Origin: Cirrosporium novae-zelandiae
Lineage: Eukaryota
Reading direction: 5' to 3'
Assembly: GCA_026023565.1 (NCBI GenBank)
Contig: JAPETS010000001.1
Span: 1,488,001 to 1,552,000, forward strand
DNA: 64,000 nucleotides
Both the position numbers and the translations under genes were made by a program. Position 1 is the stretch's first letter. Each line of letters opens with the position of its first letter. Shown piece after piece: positions 1-15,059 of the stretch. The notes below the pieces were generated by a model. The model did not search any database. It was not told where the DNA came from and saw nothing but the letters and a program-made list of their open reading frames with translations.

Positions 1-2716
1 ATATAAAGAATTATTATTTAATTAAAAATTATTCTAAATAAATATATAAAATCTAAACGGATATATATTTAATCGAAAATTTGATAAAACGCCGAATATA
101 TTATTAAAAAATACGAATATTATATAATATTTAAAAAAACGAAATAAAAATACAGAATTTACGGAAAAATTAAAATAATATTTAAAAAATTTATAAAATT
201 AATTAAAATAAAAAAAAAAAAAAAATTAATTTTTTTTAAATATATATAAAAAAAAAACGATTTAAATAAATTTTAAAACCGAAACCCGATATTAGGGTTC
301 CGTATAAAAAACGGGAGAATAATAATAGAAATTAAAAATAAAAAAATCTTTATATAAAAAGAATTTTTCCGTTATTTCTAAAAAATCCCGAATTTTAATT
401 TTCGATAAAAAAATATTAGCCTAATAATTATCCGAAAAAACGATACGAAAAACGTTATATATACAAAATATAAATAAAATTTTAAAATATAACGGAATTT
501 AATTTAAAACGTTCCGTATATTATAATAATAAAATTTTTATAAAATAATAAAAATAATCCGATATTATTTCCGATTAAAATATTATTCGACGTAATAAAA
601 ATATATTTAAAAAATATTATTATTTAAATCCGAAAAAATCGATAAAATATTAATTAAAAATTATAAAATAATAAATTTATTATATTATTTAAATAAAATA
701 ATTAAAAAAATTATAATTAACGTATTAATAAATATATACGAAAATCTAAATAGATTATATAAAAATTAATTTAGATCGAAATATAATCGAAACGTAATCG
801 ATACGTTTACGTATTTAATATATGGAATAAAAAAAAATTTAATTAAAAATAAATAATTAATAATCGACGGAGAAATATAAGCCCGAATTAATACAGAAAC
901 GGGGGTATTATAAAAATTACCCGTATTCTTAATATTATTTTTAATATATTGCAGCGGGCTATTCGCAGCCGTAAAATAAACGGTTTTTAAAATTAAAACC
1001 CTATTATTCGTAAACGACGTAAATTTCTCGACTATTTATATAAACGATAAATAAACCCGGAAAATTATTTAATAAATAATAAAAACGGCGGTCTAATAAA
1101 AAAAATTAAATTAAAATTCGATATTTAAAAAACTAAAATTATAATTTTTTTTTAAATTATATAAATATTAAATTTAAATAAATATTAAATCGAAAATTAA
1201 AATCGATAATTATTTAATTAAATATAAAAAAAATTACGTATAATAATTAAACGTATAATTAAATTAAAAATTTAATTTTTGAATTTTTATATTTAATAAT
1301 TAATTAAAATCCGACGTACGAAAAACGTAATTAAATATATATATTACCGAAACGGATTATTTATAGGATTTACGCGTTAAATAATCGTAATAATTATAAT
1401 ATTAATTTATATATACGGATATAAAATTTAATAGAAAAAATAAACCGGTTATTAAATAGAATTTTAAAAATTATTAAATAAATTAATTAAATTAATAACG
1501 GAAATTTATAAAATAATTCTAATAATAACGATTATATAGAAGATTTATATATATTCCGTAAATATAATATTAAATACCGCGTAAAAAAAATATAGATTTC
1601 GATATTTTTAAAAAATCGAAAATAATTCAACGAATTGAATATTATTAATAATATTTAAAATAAAAAATATAAATATTTAATTAAAAAAATAATCGTTAAA
1701 ATTTTTTTAATAAATTTAAAAAATTAAAAAAAATATATTGAATTAATATTTAATTATAACGATAATTTAAAAAATAATAAATTTAAATTTTAAAATCGAA
1801 AAAATTTAAATAATCGAAAAAGATAATAATATTTTTAAAATAATAGATTTTTAACGAAATATTAATATAAAATTAAAAAAACGTATATTAATCGCATAAA
1901 TTTAAATAAAAAAACCGTAAAATAAATATAAAAATAATTTAAAAAATAATCGAAAAGTTTTTATAAATAATATAAAAATATTATTTAAATTAAAATAAAA
2001 AAATATTTAATATAAAATTTTAAAAAATATAAACGATTTTTTAAATAACGATTAAAACGTATTTAAATAATTATAAAAAATTTAAAAAAAAAATAATAAT
2101 ATTATTTAATTCGTAAACGGCTATTAAACGGATCGAAAAAAAAAAATTAAAAAAAAATTAAATAATTATATAAAAAATATATGAATATATTAAATATTTA
2201 ATCGATTAAAAAAAGAAAATCGTTATTAAATAAATTTTAAAATATTATAAAATATTAAAAAACGAAATAATAAATTAAATAATTAAAATAAATATAACGT
2301 TAAAAAATAATAAAACGGCCGAATAAATTTCGTTAATTTATATAATCCGTAATATAACGGAAAAACGATCTAAAAACAGATATTAAATAAAAACTAGGCC
2401 CGTAATAGAAACGCGGGATAAATATATACGTAAATAAAAACTAAAAAAATTAAAAATAAATACGAATAAACCTATTTATAAACTGCGAATACCGAAATAA
2501 CGTTAAAAAACTATCCGGTTAAATAAATTAAATGATTCTAGGAAACCCAAAAAAAAAGGGAAACTATATAGCCGAACTAAAGGAGTAAACCCCACTATTT
2601 TAGTTAAAAATAAGCCCGAAAAAAAATATAAAAGGGTCTAAAAGCCTTTAAATAGAGTCCGTTATAGTTTCTAAATAATATATGGACGTAAAACAATAAA
2701 TAATCATCATTATTAT
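1..2716 (+). mobile_element. Tad1-like LINE, copy A (RIP-degenerate 3' part with internal deletions; continues left of the window)
   Basis: Colinear with copy B ORF2 and 3' end. RT motif relic TTC GTA AAC GAC (FVDD-like) at ~1007. Ends in the family tail AAACAATAAATAATCATCATTATTAT. Confidence 0.9.
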
Positions 2717-3629
2717 AAAAATCGTGGTTCGTTTTTTTTTAGATTTGGCGGTAAAAACCGATACCGTATAAATTTTTTTATAAATTTAGTTTTGGATATT
2801 TTTATTTTTTTCATTATAATACAGCCGTATAATATCGAATTAATTTTTAAATATAATTTATTTAATATTAAATTCTGTAATTAAAATAGACCGATTTAAA
2901 ATAAATTTAAAAAAAATATTATTCTAATAAATATTTATTTAAAATATTTATATATTAAATTATATTTATTTAAAATTTTTTTTTAAAACCAAATATTTTT
3001 AATTCGTTTAATCAAAAAATATTTTAGTAATTCATTGAAATTTCTATGTCTCGCAAAAAATGAAAAAATTTACGTGACCGTTTTTGTAAACGTGTATATT
3101 TTTTTATATAAAAAGTTTAAAACGTTATTTTTTAAATATAAAAACAAAATTAAATATAGTTACTTTAATTTAATAATTAATTATTTATTCAATTATAATC
3201 TTTTTTTTTTTATACGATTTTATTAGTATTAAAGATTGCTATTAAAATATTTTTTCCAGAATATTAATAAATTATCGTTGGTGATATTAAATATTTAAAA
3301 ATCGTGATGGAGATCGAAAAAAAAATAACGCTCAAATTTATGCCGGAAAAAAAAAAGAAAAAAAACTATTTTGAAATAAAAATTATAGAAATAAAGATTT
3401 TATAATAGAAATTCCGCTAAAATAGAATGATAATAATCCGCCAAAATTAGCAGTCTAAGAAAAATGGGGGGATTAGCCGTCGCCGAATTTATTAGAATTT
3501 TTTTATAATTAGCGGATCGTTGATATAGATTTTATTAAAATATATTTAAAAATTCAATAATAAAGATACGAAAAAATTTCAATAAATTTTTACGACCAGG
3601 AAAAAATCAAATACAGATTAAATTAAAAA

Positions 3630-3990
3630 ACGGAAACCCTAGGAAAATAGAAATTCTAGATTAATAGAAATTCTCAGATAATATAAATTTCAAAAAAAAA
3701 TTCTAGAAAAATAGAGATTTTAGAAATAAAAAATTCAAAATAGAAAATATATTAAGAGAATAGAAATTTTAAAAAAATAAAGAAATTTTTATTTTAAAAC
3801 GCGTTTTTTAGAAAACCGGAGAAAAAATAAAAATAAATTATAAAGTTTTATTTTTAACCGCTGTGTTTAAAATATAAAAAAATAAAATTAATATATTTTT
3901 ATATTTAAACGTTTTCCTAAAATATAAAAATAAAATAAAATTATTAAATTTCTATTTTTATCCCCAAATACCGTTATTAAAAAAAAAATC
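3630..3990. repeat. Two-tier tandem repeat block X1 (~17-bp GGAAACCCTAGGAAAAT-like units, then ~50-bp units)
   Basis: Units ggaaaccctaggaaaat / agaaattctagattaat / agaaattctcagataat, followed by ~50-bp units. Aligns with 15060-15480. Confidence 0.6.
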
Positions 3991-4686
3991 AACGGTCTAA
4001 AAATAAAAATATAAAATTTTATTAACGCCGGATTTATTAAAATTTATTTAAAAAATATCGTTATTATTAAAATTAATAATAACGTTTAAATAAATTTTTA
4101 ACCGAAATCTCCGAATTTATTTAATTAAATATTCCAATTATAATAATAAATTATATCCCAATTTTATTATTTTTAAATTATTTTTTTTTTAATTAGACCC
4201 AATTTTTCTAATTATTTATTTAACGAATATTTATCAAATAATCTTTTTAATAAAAATATATAAAAACCAAAAATTGTAATTATATTATAATATATTTTTT
4301 TAAAAAAACTCGATTAATAAATCGTTTATTTCCGGGTTTAGCGATAGAAACTGAGCCGGTACGGATTTTATTATAAAATTGATTATAACAAATTTAATTA
4401 ATTATTTTAAAAATAAAATATTTATATAAAATCAAATCTACCGTAAACGTAATTTCTATAGAAATTTATTCCGTAATTAAAATAAATTATCGTTAATTAT
4501 ATTCTAAATTCTATATAAATCTGGTGATAAACGTTTTAAAATATAATTTTTTATTAATTATTAATTCTTTAATAATATTTGATTTAATCGTGGAAATCTA
4601 ATATTCAATCCGTTATAAAATTGAAAAAACCAATATTTAATCCACGAAACGTTATTTAATATAAATAATATACGATCTAAAACAAA

Positions 4687-7600
4687 GGACGCAGGCAAAA
4701 AAAAAAACGTTTTTTAATAATTCCGCGCCACCAAATTAATTTATTATTATGACGACCGTTATACGAAATAATTAATGTTTAATTAAAATTTATAGAATCT
4801 AGCAGTAATAGAGAAATATCGGGGGTTAAAAAAATACGTACCGTCAGCGAGAATTAGACGGATATAAAAAAACGATAACGTTTAAAAAATAAATCAAATA
4901 AACCGGAATAAAATTTTATAATAAAATTTAGCGATTCGATACTACGATTTTTATTTTAAAAAAAAAACGATCAAATAAAGAAACGTCGTCGAAAAATCTA
5001 ACGAAAAAAAAAATTCTAAAAAAAAATAAATTAATAATTAAAATATTCTAATCGAATAAATAATTAAATATATAATAATATATATATTTCCCGTAATCGA
5101 AAAAAAAATATATTAAATTCTAAAAACCGACGATTTTATATTATAATTACGGAAAATATTTTTCAATTTAAAAACCCGAATAATCGTGCTAATAAAACGA
5201 AATAATAAAATTATAAAAATTTAAAAAAAAATTAAAAAAAATTATATACGATTAAATAAAAATTTCTAATAATTAAAAAAATAATTATAATAATAATTTA
5301 AATATTATAAATCTAAATAAAAACCGTAAAAATTATATATAATTGAACGAAAAATTCTATAAATAAGAATTATATAACCCTAGTAATTAAGCCCGAACGG
5401 ATAATAAAAAAAAAAAAATAATATTTTTTTTAATAATACCCTAAACGGGTATAATAGCCGGATCGTAAATATCTAGTACGCGGATAATAATATAAACGTA
5501 TAAAAAAATCTAAAAAAATCTCTAATAAACGGTAAAAATAGTTAGATAGGAGGCTTTATTATTAGTATCGAAAACCCCGAAATAAATTTTTATAAAAATA
5601 ACGCCGGCTATAGGGTTTATTTATTTTAAAATAATTAATAAAATAATAAACAAATTTAATAAAAAATAATAAATAATCAAACCCTATAAAAAAGAACGTA
5701 CTGGTTCCGCGGACGGGGATATAAAAACTAAAAATCAGAAAATACTAATTTTTAATAAAGAAAAAACCGAATATTCGGGCCCTACGATATTAATAATAAC
5801 GGCGATCAATATTAAATTAATTGATTTAAACGCACTATATGAATTACGGATACGAGAAACCTATATTAATAAAAAAAATAATTTAAAAATCATATTCGAT
5901 GAAAAAATTAATACGGGTATATTAATATCTAAATATAAATAAAAAATTTTAAAAACCGTAATAAAAATAAATAATACGATAATAAATATATATTTATTAA
6001 AAATTTTATATTAAATAAAAATATAAAAAATATTTCTAAAAATATTTAAAAATTTAAATAAATTAAATTTAATAAAAAAAAATCTAAAAAATATTTATTA
6101 ATTATTCCGAAATACGGTAATTGTATAAATAATATTAGAAAAATACCGTTAAAAATAAATATAAATCAGATTTATATTAAAAAAATATATTATTTTAATT
6201 AAAATAAAACTTCCGTTTATAATATACGAAAAATAAAAAATCGAAAATTATTATTTAATAAAACGCAGATTTCGATATATCCGATAATTTACGTTAAAAA
6301 TAAATAAAACGTATTTAAAATACGTTTAATTAAAATATAAATTATTTCTAGAATATAAAAATAGAGCTTTTAAATATATTATATACGCGGAAATATACGA
6401 AACGTAAAACCACCGGTATCGGATAATAGAATATAAACCCGCGTATACGGGGGTTTATATATATATTTTATTGAAATATACAAATTATCTAGATCCCTAT
6501 ATAGCTACGGACGGAAAATATTTAGCTACCCGAAAAACAGAAATAAAATATATAAAAAAAAACGTCGAAAAAACGTTATATAATCGTTTTACGTATTAAT
6601 TTTTTTAAAAAAAAAATAAACCTAGAAAATTCTAATTAAAAATCAAAAACCCCCGAATTCTAAAAAAAAACGGGGGAAAAAACGTAAATAATATCCGAAA
6701 TATTAATAATACCGAAAATACCGGTAATATTCGTACCGTAAATAAATAATAATATATCCGAATTATAAATAAAAATATTTTAATATAATTATTATAAAAA
6801 ATACGATATAACGATCGTAATTTTAGAATCGATTATATAAATTAAAACGGATATAATATTATTATAAAAATTTAATCAAAAATTAAAAATAAAATATTAT
6901 ATTTAGCGGAGGATTTTTATTAGCCCGAATTAAGGGCCTAAACGGGGAATAAAACCGTAAAAACGGTTATTATTATACGCAGAAACCGAAAAAATAACGT
7001 ATTTAGAATAACCGTAAAAACCGATTTGGTTAACTATTTTTATTTCGTGGCGCTGGATATCAGTATGATAAACGCAGGCGGGGGGGCAGAAGACCCGGTC
7101 AGGATAATTAACGTCTACGACCAAAAATTGAAGGGCGTATATTTCTGGGAACAAGGCCGATGGCAAGGACCTAGAAGGGTTTTATAGGACGTGGAATGGG
7201 GGTCTATTCTTAATAGGAGCAAAAAAAGTAGTATTGGTAGGGGATTTCAATGCCCATAATCCAATATAGGAGCCCGAGCGGGCCACTTGCGTGGACGACG
7301 CGCCTCTAATAGCGCTTATAAAGAAATAGGGCTTAATTATATAGAACGACACCGCCTAGAATATTTGATTCGGAAAGAAATCGGCTCGTTATTTAATAAT
7401 TGATTTGATAATAATTAACCCCGCTATAGGGCCGTTTCAGGGATAATTAATAGGCGCGGTAACCGACAACGCAGATAATAAATTAGGAATTAGTTCAGAC
7501 CACGCCTTTATTTAATTCGAATAGGGGGGTCACCGCCCAAAAATAGGCCAGCCAACCCCGAATTCGTGGGATTTAAAGCCGCTGGAAAACCCCCAATGAT

Positions 7601-10600
7601 AAATTAAAGCGAAACAAGAATAAAAATCCTGATTAATTACGAAAAATATATTAGCCGCAGATTATATAGAAACGCAGCTGGAAAACGAGATATAAAGAAT
7701 TATTATTTAATTAAAAATTATTCTAAATAAATACGTAAAATCTAAACAGATATACGCCTGATCGAAAACGTAATAAAACCCCGAATATATCGTTAAAAAA
7801 TATAAATATTATATAACGTTTAAAAAAACGAAATAAAAACGCCGAATCTATAAAAAAATTAAAACGGTATTCAAAAAATTTATAAAATTAATTAAAATTA
7901 AAAAAAAAAATAAATAAATCGATTTTTTTTAAATATATATAAAAAAAACGATTTAAATAAATTTTTAAATCCCGAAAATATTTAACGGGAATAAAAAATA
8001 TTAAAATATTATAAATTTTAAAACCGAGATCCGATACCGGCGTTTTATATAAAAAACGGGAGAATAACGGTAAAAATTAAAAATAAAAAGATTTTTATAT
8101 AAAAACGAATTTTTCCGTTATTTTTAAAAAATTTTGAATTTCGATTTTTAATAAAAAAAATATTCGTTTAATAATTATTTAAAAAAATAATATAAAAAAC
8201 GTTATATATATAGAATATAAATAAAATTTCAGAATATCATAAAATTTAATTTAAAATATTTTATATATTATAATAATAAGATTTTTATAAAATAATAAAA
8301 ATAATCCAATATTATTTTTAATTAAAATATTATCCGACGTAATAAAAATATATTCGGGGAATATTATTATTTAAATTTAAAAAAACCGATAAAATATTAA
8401 TTAAAAATTATAAAATAATAAATTTATTATATTATTTAAATAAAATAATCGAAAAAATTATAATTAATATATTAATATATATATATAAAAATCTAAATAA
8501 ATTATATAAAAATTAATTTAAATCAAAACGTAATCGAAATATAATCGATATATTTATATATTTAATATATCGAATAAAAAAAAAATTTAATCGAAAATAA
8601 ATAATTTATATTTTATTTATAAACGTTAAAAAAACGTTTAATTATATATTACGGTTTAAATTAATATAATATTTAAAATAATTAAAAATCGATAAAAATA
8701 TTATTAAATAAATAATTAATTTTATAATTTAATAAAATATCGAATTAATAATCGATAAAAAAATACAATCCCAAATTAATATAGAAACGGGGGTACCGTA
8801 AAAATTATCTATATCCCTAATATTATTCTTAATATATTATAGCGGGTTATTCGCAGCCGTAAAATAGACGGTTTTTGGAATTAAAACTTTATTATTCGTG
8901 GACGACGTGAATTTTTCGATTATTTATATAAATAATAAATAGGCCCGGAAAACTATTTAATAAATAATAAAAATAACGATCTAATAAAAAAAAAAAAATA
9001 AACTAAAATTCGATATTTAAAAAATTAAAATTATAATTTTTTTTAAATTATATAAATATTAAATTTAAATAAATATTAAATCGAAAATTAGAATCGATAA
9101 TTATTTAATCGAATATAAAAAAAATTATATACGGTAATTAAACGTATAATTAGATCCGAAATTTAATTTTTAAATTTATTATATTTAGCGGTTAATTAAA
9201 ATCCGATATACGGAAAATATAATTAAATATATATATTACCGAAACGGGTTATTTATAGAATTTACGCGTTAAATAATCGTAATAATTATAATATTAATTT
9301 ATATATATAAATATAAAATTTAATAAAAAAAATAAACCGGTTATTAAATAAAATTTCAAAAATTATTAAATAAATTTATTAAATTAATAATAAAAATTTA
9401 TAAAATAATCCCGATAATAATAATTATATAAAAAATCTATATATATCCCGTAAATATGATATTAAATATTATATAAAAAAAATATAGATTTCGGTATTTT
9501 TAAAAAATCGAAAAAAATTTAATAAATTTAATATTATCGATAATATTTAAAATAAAAAATATAAATATTTAATTAAAAAAATAATCGTTAAAAATTTTTT
9601 AATAAATTTAAAAAATTAAAAAAAATATATTAAATTAATATTTAATTATAACGATAATCTAAAAAATAATAAATCCGAATTTTAAAATTAAAAAAAATAA
9701 ATTTTTAAAAAAAATAATAATATTTTTAAAATAATAAATTTTTAATAAAACGTTAATATAAAATTAAAAAAATATATATTAATCGAATAAATTTAAATTA
9801 AAAAATCGTAAAATAAAAATAAAAATAATTTAAAAAATAATCGAAAAAATTTTATAAACGATACGGAAATATTATTTAAATTAAAATAAAAAAATATTCG
9901 ATATAAAATTTTAAAAAATATAAACGATTTTATAAATAATAATTAAAATATATTTAAATAATTATAAAATTTTTAAAAAAAAAATAATAATATTATTTAA
10001 TTTATAAACGATTATTAAACGGATCGAAAAAAAAAAATTAAAAAAAAATTAAATAATTATATAAAAAATATATACGTATATTAAATATTTAATCGATTAA
10101 AAAACGAAAATCGTTATTAAATAAATTTTGAAATATTATAAAATATTAAAAAACGAAATAATAAATTAAACGATTAAAATAAATATAACGCTAAAAAATA
10201 ATAAAATAATTAAATAAATTTTATTAATTTATATAATCCGTAATATAATAAAAAAATAGATTATAAAAACGTATAATTAATTATATAATTAAAAAATAAA
10301 AAAATCGTTTAATAAATCGTATCGAATATATCCGAAATATAAAAAAAATCGGATATTAAAATACGCGTCTAAAAAATTAATAAATAAATTTTATTAAATA
10401 AAAACGGGATACGCCGTTACCAGAAAATATATATATCGTATAAAAATTATTATTATTCTAAAATATTAATAATATAAGATTTTATATTAAAACGTTTTTT
10501 ATTTAATATTAATATATCCGCGCTGGAGAACGTTTAAAACCCGGATACGGAAAATAATAAAAAAATAGAAAAACCAATAATCTAATATAACCGAAAAAAA

Positions 10601-11111
10601 AAAACTAATATTCGTATTAAAAAACCGAAAATTTTTTAAAAATTAAATACGTTTTTTAAACGATACGGAGATAAAAAAACCCTAATATTAAACCAGATAC
10701 GAAACGAAAAATCGTGAAATATATTTGGATTAGGGGTGGATAGAACCCGGATACGGGAGGGAAAACGACCCAAACGTAAGTATTAAATAAAAACTGGGCC
10801 CGTAGTAGATACGCGGGATAAGCGTATACGTAAATAAAAACTGAAAAAATCGGAAATAGATACGAATAGGCCTATTTATAGGTTACGAATACTGAAATAA
10901 CGCTAAAAAATTATCCGGTTAAATAAGTTAGGTGATTCTAGGAAATCTAAAAAAGGGGAGAAACTATATAGCCGAACCAGAGGGATAACCCCTACTATTT
11001 TAGTTAAAAATAAGCCCGAAAAAGAATACGAAAAAATCTAAAAGCCCCCGAGTAGAATCCGTTATAGTTTCTAAGCGATATATAGATATAAAACAATGAA
11101 TAATCATTATT
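4687..11111 (+). mobile_element. Tad1-like LINE, copy B, full length (~6.4 kb), RIP-inactivated
   Basis: APE endonuclease motifs GDFNAH (7240-7257) and SDH (7495-7503). RT motifs ETGVP (~8784) and FVDD (8895-8906). ORF1 CCHC-knuckle relic ~6470-6530. (ATC)n-type tail. ~19-bp TSD ATATACGATCTAAAA(C/T)AAA at 4668-4686 and 11112-11130. Confidence 0.95.
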
Positions 11112-11949
11112 ATATACGATCTAAAATAAATAAATATTATATTTAGAAAGTTTTCCGAAACCCTACAACCAATATATAAAAAAACGAACTAAAATAAATT
11201 TCTAAAATATATTAAAAATTATTATTATTTAGCTCCCGCCTCAATCAAAAAAAAAATAGAACGGAAAAAATTAAAAAATTAAAATTTTAATATTTTTATT
11301 TTTAATAAATATTTTATTAAAATAATAAAACGATTAAATTAATTATAAACGTTTTATTTATAATTATTTATATTAAAATCTTATATTTAGAAATTTAAAC
11401 GATATTATTTTCGAATTTTAAAAAATAAATTTTATCAATTTTTTAAAATTTATTATATAGTTTTTATATTTTTTATACCGGAACTGAAATTTATAGATAT
11501 TCGGGAATATTTATATTTAAAAATAAAACGAATTAAATATATAATTATATTATTCTAATTTATAAATATTTTTATTTCGATATTTTTTTATTTTTATATA
11601 TTAATAAATTAAAAATTAAAATTAATTTAAATAATTTAAAATAACGAATAATAATTCCAAATATCGAATTAATTCTTTATTTTGAAATAATTTCCAAATT
11701 ATATCGAATAATTTTTAGTTCAATATCACTATTAATTTTAAAAAATAATATAAACGTGGCCGTAAAAAAACTGAATAATTTTAAAATTTTTCTAAACAAA
11801 AAAATACCGGAATTAAAAACGCCGTTAAAAAAAAATCGTGGTTTAATTATTTTTTTTTTCGTTATTTATAGAATTCAGTCAATTTCACGTTTCAATATTT
11901 AAATATTAACCAAAATTATTTTTCGATTTTAAATCAAAATATATTTGAT

Positions 11950-12900
11950 TTTTTTTTTCGATCTAAAACTCGGTTTATTTCCTAAAAATAATTAATTAAT
12001 AAAATTAAAAATACATCGTTTATTTTTTTAATTATTATTTACGTGTCTATTTAATTATACGAGAAAATATAGATATAAAATTACGTATAATCGAAAAACG
12101 ATATATTAATATCGATAACGCGTAAATTATAATTTTTTAAATAAATAAATTTAGATTTAATAACGAATAATAATATATATTAATAGTTTTTTATCGTATA
12201 TTTTTTTATAAATATCACGATTTTTTTTTAATATTCTAATATTTTTTTATTAATCTTATTTTGCGTAAATTAGCAGCGAAATATATTATATCAGCTAAAA
12301 TATAACGTTATAAAATATATTCGTTTCTAAAGATTTTACGTTATAGATTATCTAAATTTTTAAATTATATATCATTTTTTATTTATTTGGTCTATTCGAT
12401 AATAGTATTTTTATATAAAACGGTCCCTATTTATAAAAATATTTGGATTAAATATTTCGGAAATTTAGAACGTTATCGTATAATTATTAAAAATAATAAT
12501 ATTTATAATAAAAAAATATAAATTAAAATTTTACGTTTTTAATATTCGAAAACCGTTAATAAGAACCCGAATATTAGCCGTTTTTATTATTATTTTATTA
12601 TTTTTTTTTTATAATTAATACCGGATATACAACCGTTTATATTAAATTAAACCAGATCAATATTAAAAAAAAATTTCGATTCCGAAATAACGATAGAAAC
12701 GTATTAATTATTATTCTATTTATTATATCCCGTTTATATTTTTTTTTTAATTAAAATAATAATTCGACGGTAATCCTATAATTATTTTTATTAAAAATAA
12801 AATATAATTCGAAAATAATCTTAGAATCTTTTTAAAAATAAAAATTTATTCTAATTTTATTAATTTTTTAATATAACGTTAAATCTACAAATATTTTTCT
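11950..12900 (+). pseudogene. RIP-destroyed short EST1/SMG5-7-like (Est1 DNA/RNA-binding, TPR-like) gene
   Basis: De-RIP reading gives PETRPISQEQLINEVK, (intron), ALIAFHRTLLYEYHDFFLASQH, LRKLAAKY.MPAKMWRHGIHSFLEILRHRL, YLVYSMMALLYETVP.YEDTWIECLGDLGRYRMAIEDDD (TGG at 12444), RFWYSK...GRLYHHLAIL. These match the conserved fungal Est1-like motifs. Boundaries are approximate. Confidence 0.8.
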
Positions 12901-15059
12901 TTTTAAAAAATAAAAATTTTATTTAAAATTATATTAAATATTCTATTTCTCGGTTTTTTTAAAAATTCGGTTTCGTACTAAAATTATAAACGAAAAATAC
13001 AAAAAATAAAATATTATATTATTTATCGTTAATATTTAATCGGTATTATTTTTTTTAATTAAATAAAATCGATAAAAATTTATATTATTATCAAAATTTC
13101 TATATATTATTATTAGAAAGCCGCGAATTATAATACCCGAGCTCCGCAAATAATATTCGATAAATCTCGGTAAGGATAAATTAATCGATTTTTTATTAAA
13201 TCAATAAATTAGATTTCCGAATAACGAATAATAACGGCCGCAGATCGGATAATCCGTTCCGCGGGTAATTACCCGAATTTCGAATAAATCAGAACCTATA
13301 TTTAACCGAGATTTTTATTAATTCGTAAACCTTTTTTAGATTTCCTATATTTTTAGTTCCGTTTAGCTATCCGTTATATATTTTTTTAATATTTTATTTT
13401 TTTATAAAAATCTAGTAATCTTAATATTATTATTATAATTTTTATTTCACTATTTTTTAGTTTTTAATTTATTATATAATAGTATTAATCTCTAATACTA
13501 TTATTTAATATAATAGAATATCGTTATTATATTTTTTTTTCTCGCTAATATATATTCTATAATATATAAAAAATAAACCTATTTTATTATATAATAATTT
13601 TTATTAATTTTATATATAATATAATTTTAATTTTTTTATAATATTATTTCGATACGAAATAATTAAATAATAATAATAAAAATTATAAATTTAATAATTT
13701 TTAATATAATTCTTTAATCGATAAATTTTATTCCGCGCAGAATAATTATTTAGAATCTTAATCTAAATATATTTTATTTTTTTAATATTTTGATATTAAT
13801 TTCCTTATTCGTTTATTTAATCCCGTATTTAAAAACTGATTTTTTCGTGAATACTATAAATATAATAATTTAGAATAATATTATTATAATAAAATATTAA
13901 TTTATTAAAAAATTAATAATATTTATATTCTTAAATATTATTAGCGGAATTTTATAAATATCCGAAATTAAAAACGCAGTAATTTATATTTCTCGATATT
14001 TATTATTAAAATACGAAAATTAATTTTTTATTTATTTAATTCCGCCGTAATAAAAAATTTATTAGATTTTTTATATCGACGGAATTTCGATCTATAAAAA
14101 AATTCAATTTAATACCGAAATCGATATATTAATAAAAGTTATTCAATTTAAAATAAATTTTAAAAAATTGGCTCCGTAATAAATAATAATAATTTTATAA
14201 ACCGATATATTTTTTTAATTCGAGTATTCAGAATATCCAAAATTTTATTATTTTTATTCGACTTTAAAATAATAGAAAATAAACGAAATATTATTATATA
14301 TTTTTTAATTATAATAAAAAAATTTTTCAGAAAACGAAATTAAAAATTTATATACGGGCGTATATTAAAAAAAAACCGTATATACGTTAATCAAATTTCA
14401 GATACTCTAAATCTGGACGGAATAAATTAACTATTTTTTTTAATTTTATAGAAAACTTTTTTGCGGATAACGGTTCTTCTAATCCGGAAATTTAAAAATA
14501 AAATTTTTTTAATAGTTCTAAAAATAAAAATATTATTATTAATCTGTATATAATAAATATACGAAAAACGTTATATCGATAAACGTTTTTATTTTTATAA
14601 AATTTATAAAAAACGGTTTATTTAACGAAATAATATTCGCGTCTATTATATTATATACGAACAGTATAAAATTTTTAAATAAATTCGATAATTGCGGGAA
14701 ATGTTTTATTTAATTAAATAATTTTAAAATTATAGCTATTTTATCGAATTATATTTAATTTTAAAAACTGATATTTATTATAATTTTATTAAATCAGGCG
14801 ATAATTTCTCTGCCCAAAATAAAGAATTCTAGGAATATTTCGTTATATTTTATAAAAACAGTAACAAAAATATCAAAAACCAGAAAAAAAAATTGAACCG
14901 TAAAATTAATTAGATTGGATATAATATTAATAAAATTAAATATAATTTTCAATTATTAAATAAAATATTCTATTTATTATATTATTTTATAAATTTAATA
15001 TTTCTTAAAATAAAAAAAAAAAATCTGGAAATAAAAATTTAAAAAAAATCGCGCGATTT

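Noticed and set aside
3035..3226. 63-aa ORF, and similar ORFs at 6930, 39571, 41489, 45942 and 54641
   Set aside because: Chance or antisense ORFs within RIP-mutated repeats or a solo LTR.
3630..3760. Telomeric repeat or collagen-like coding repeat (AACCCTAGG)
   Set aside because: No (TTAGGG)n run, and the ~17-bp period is not a multiple of 3.
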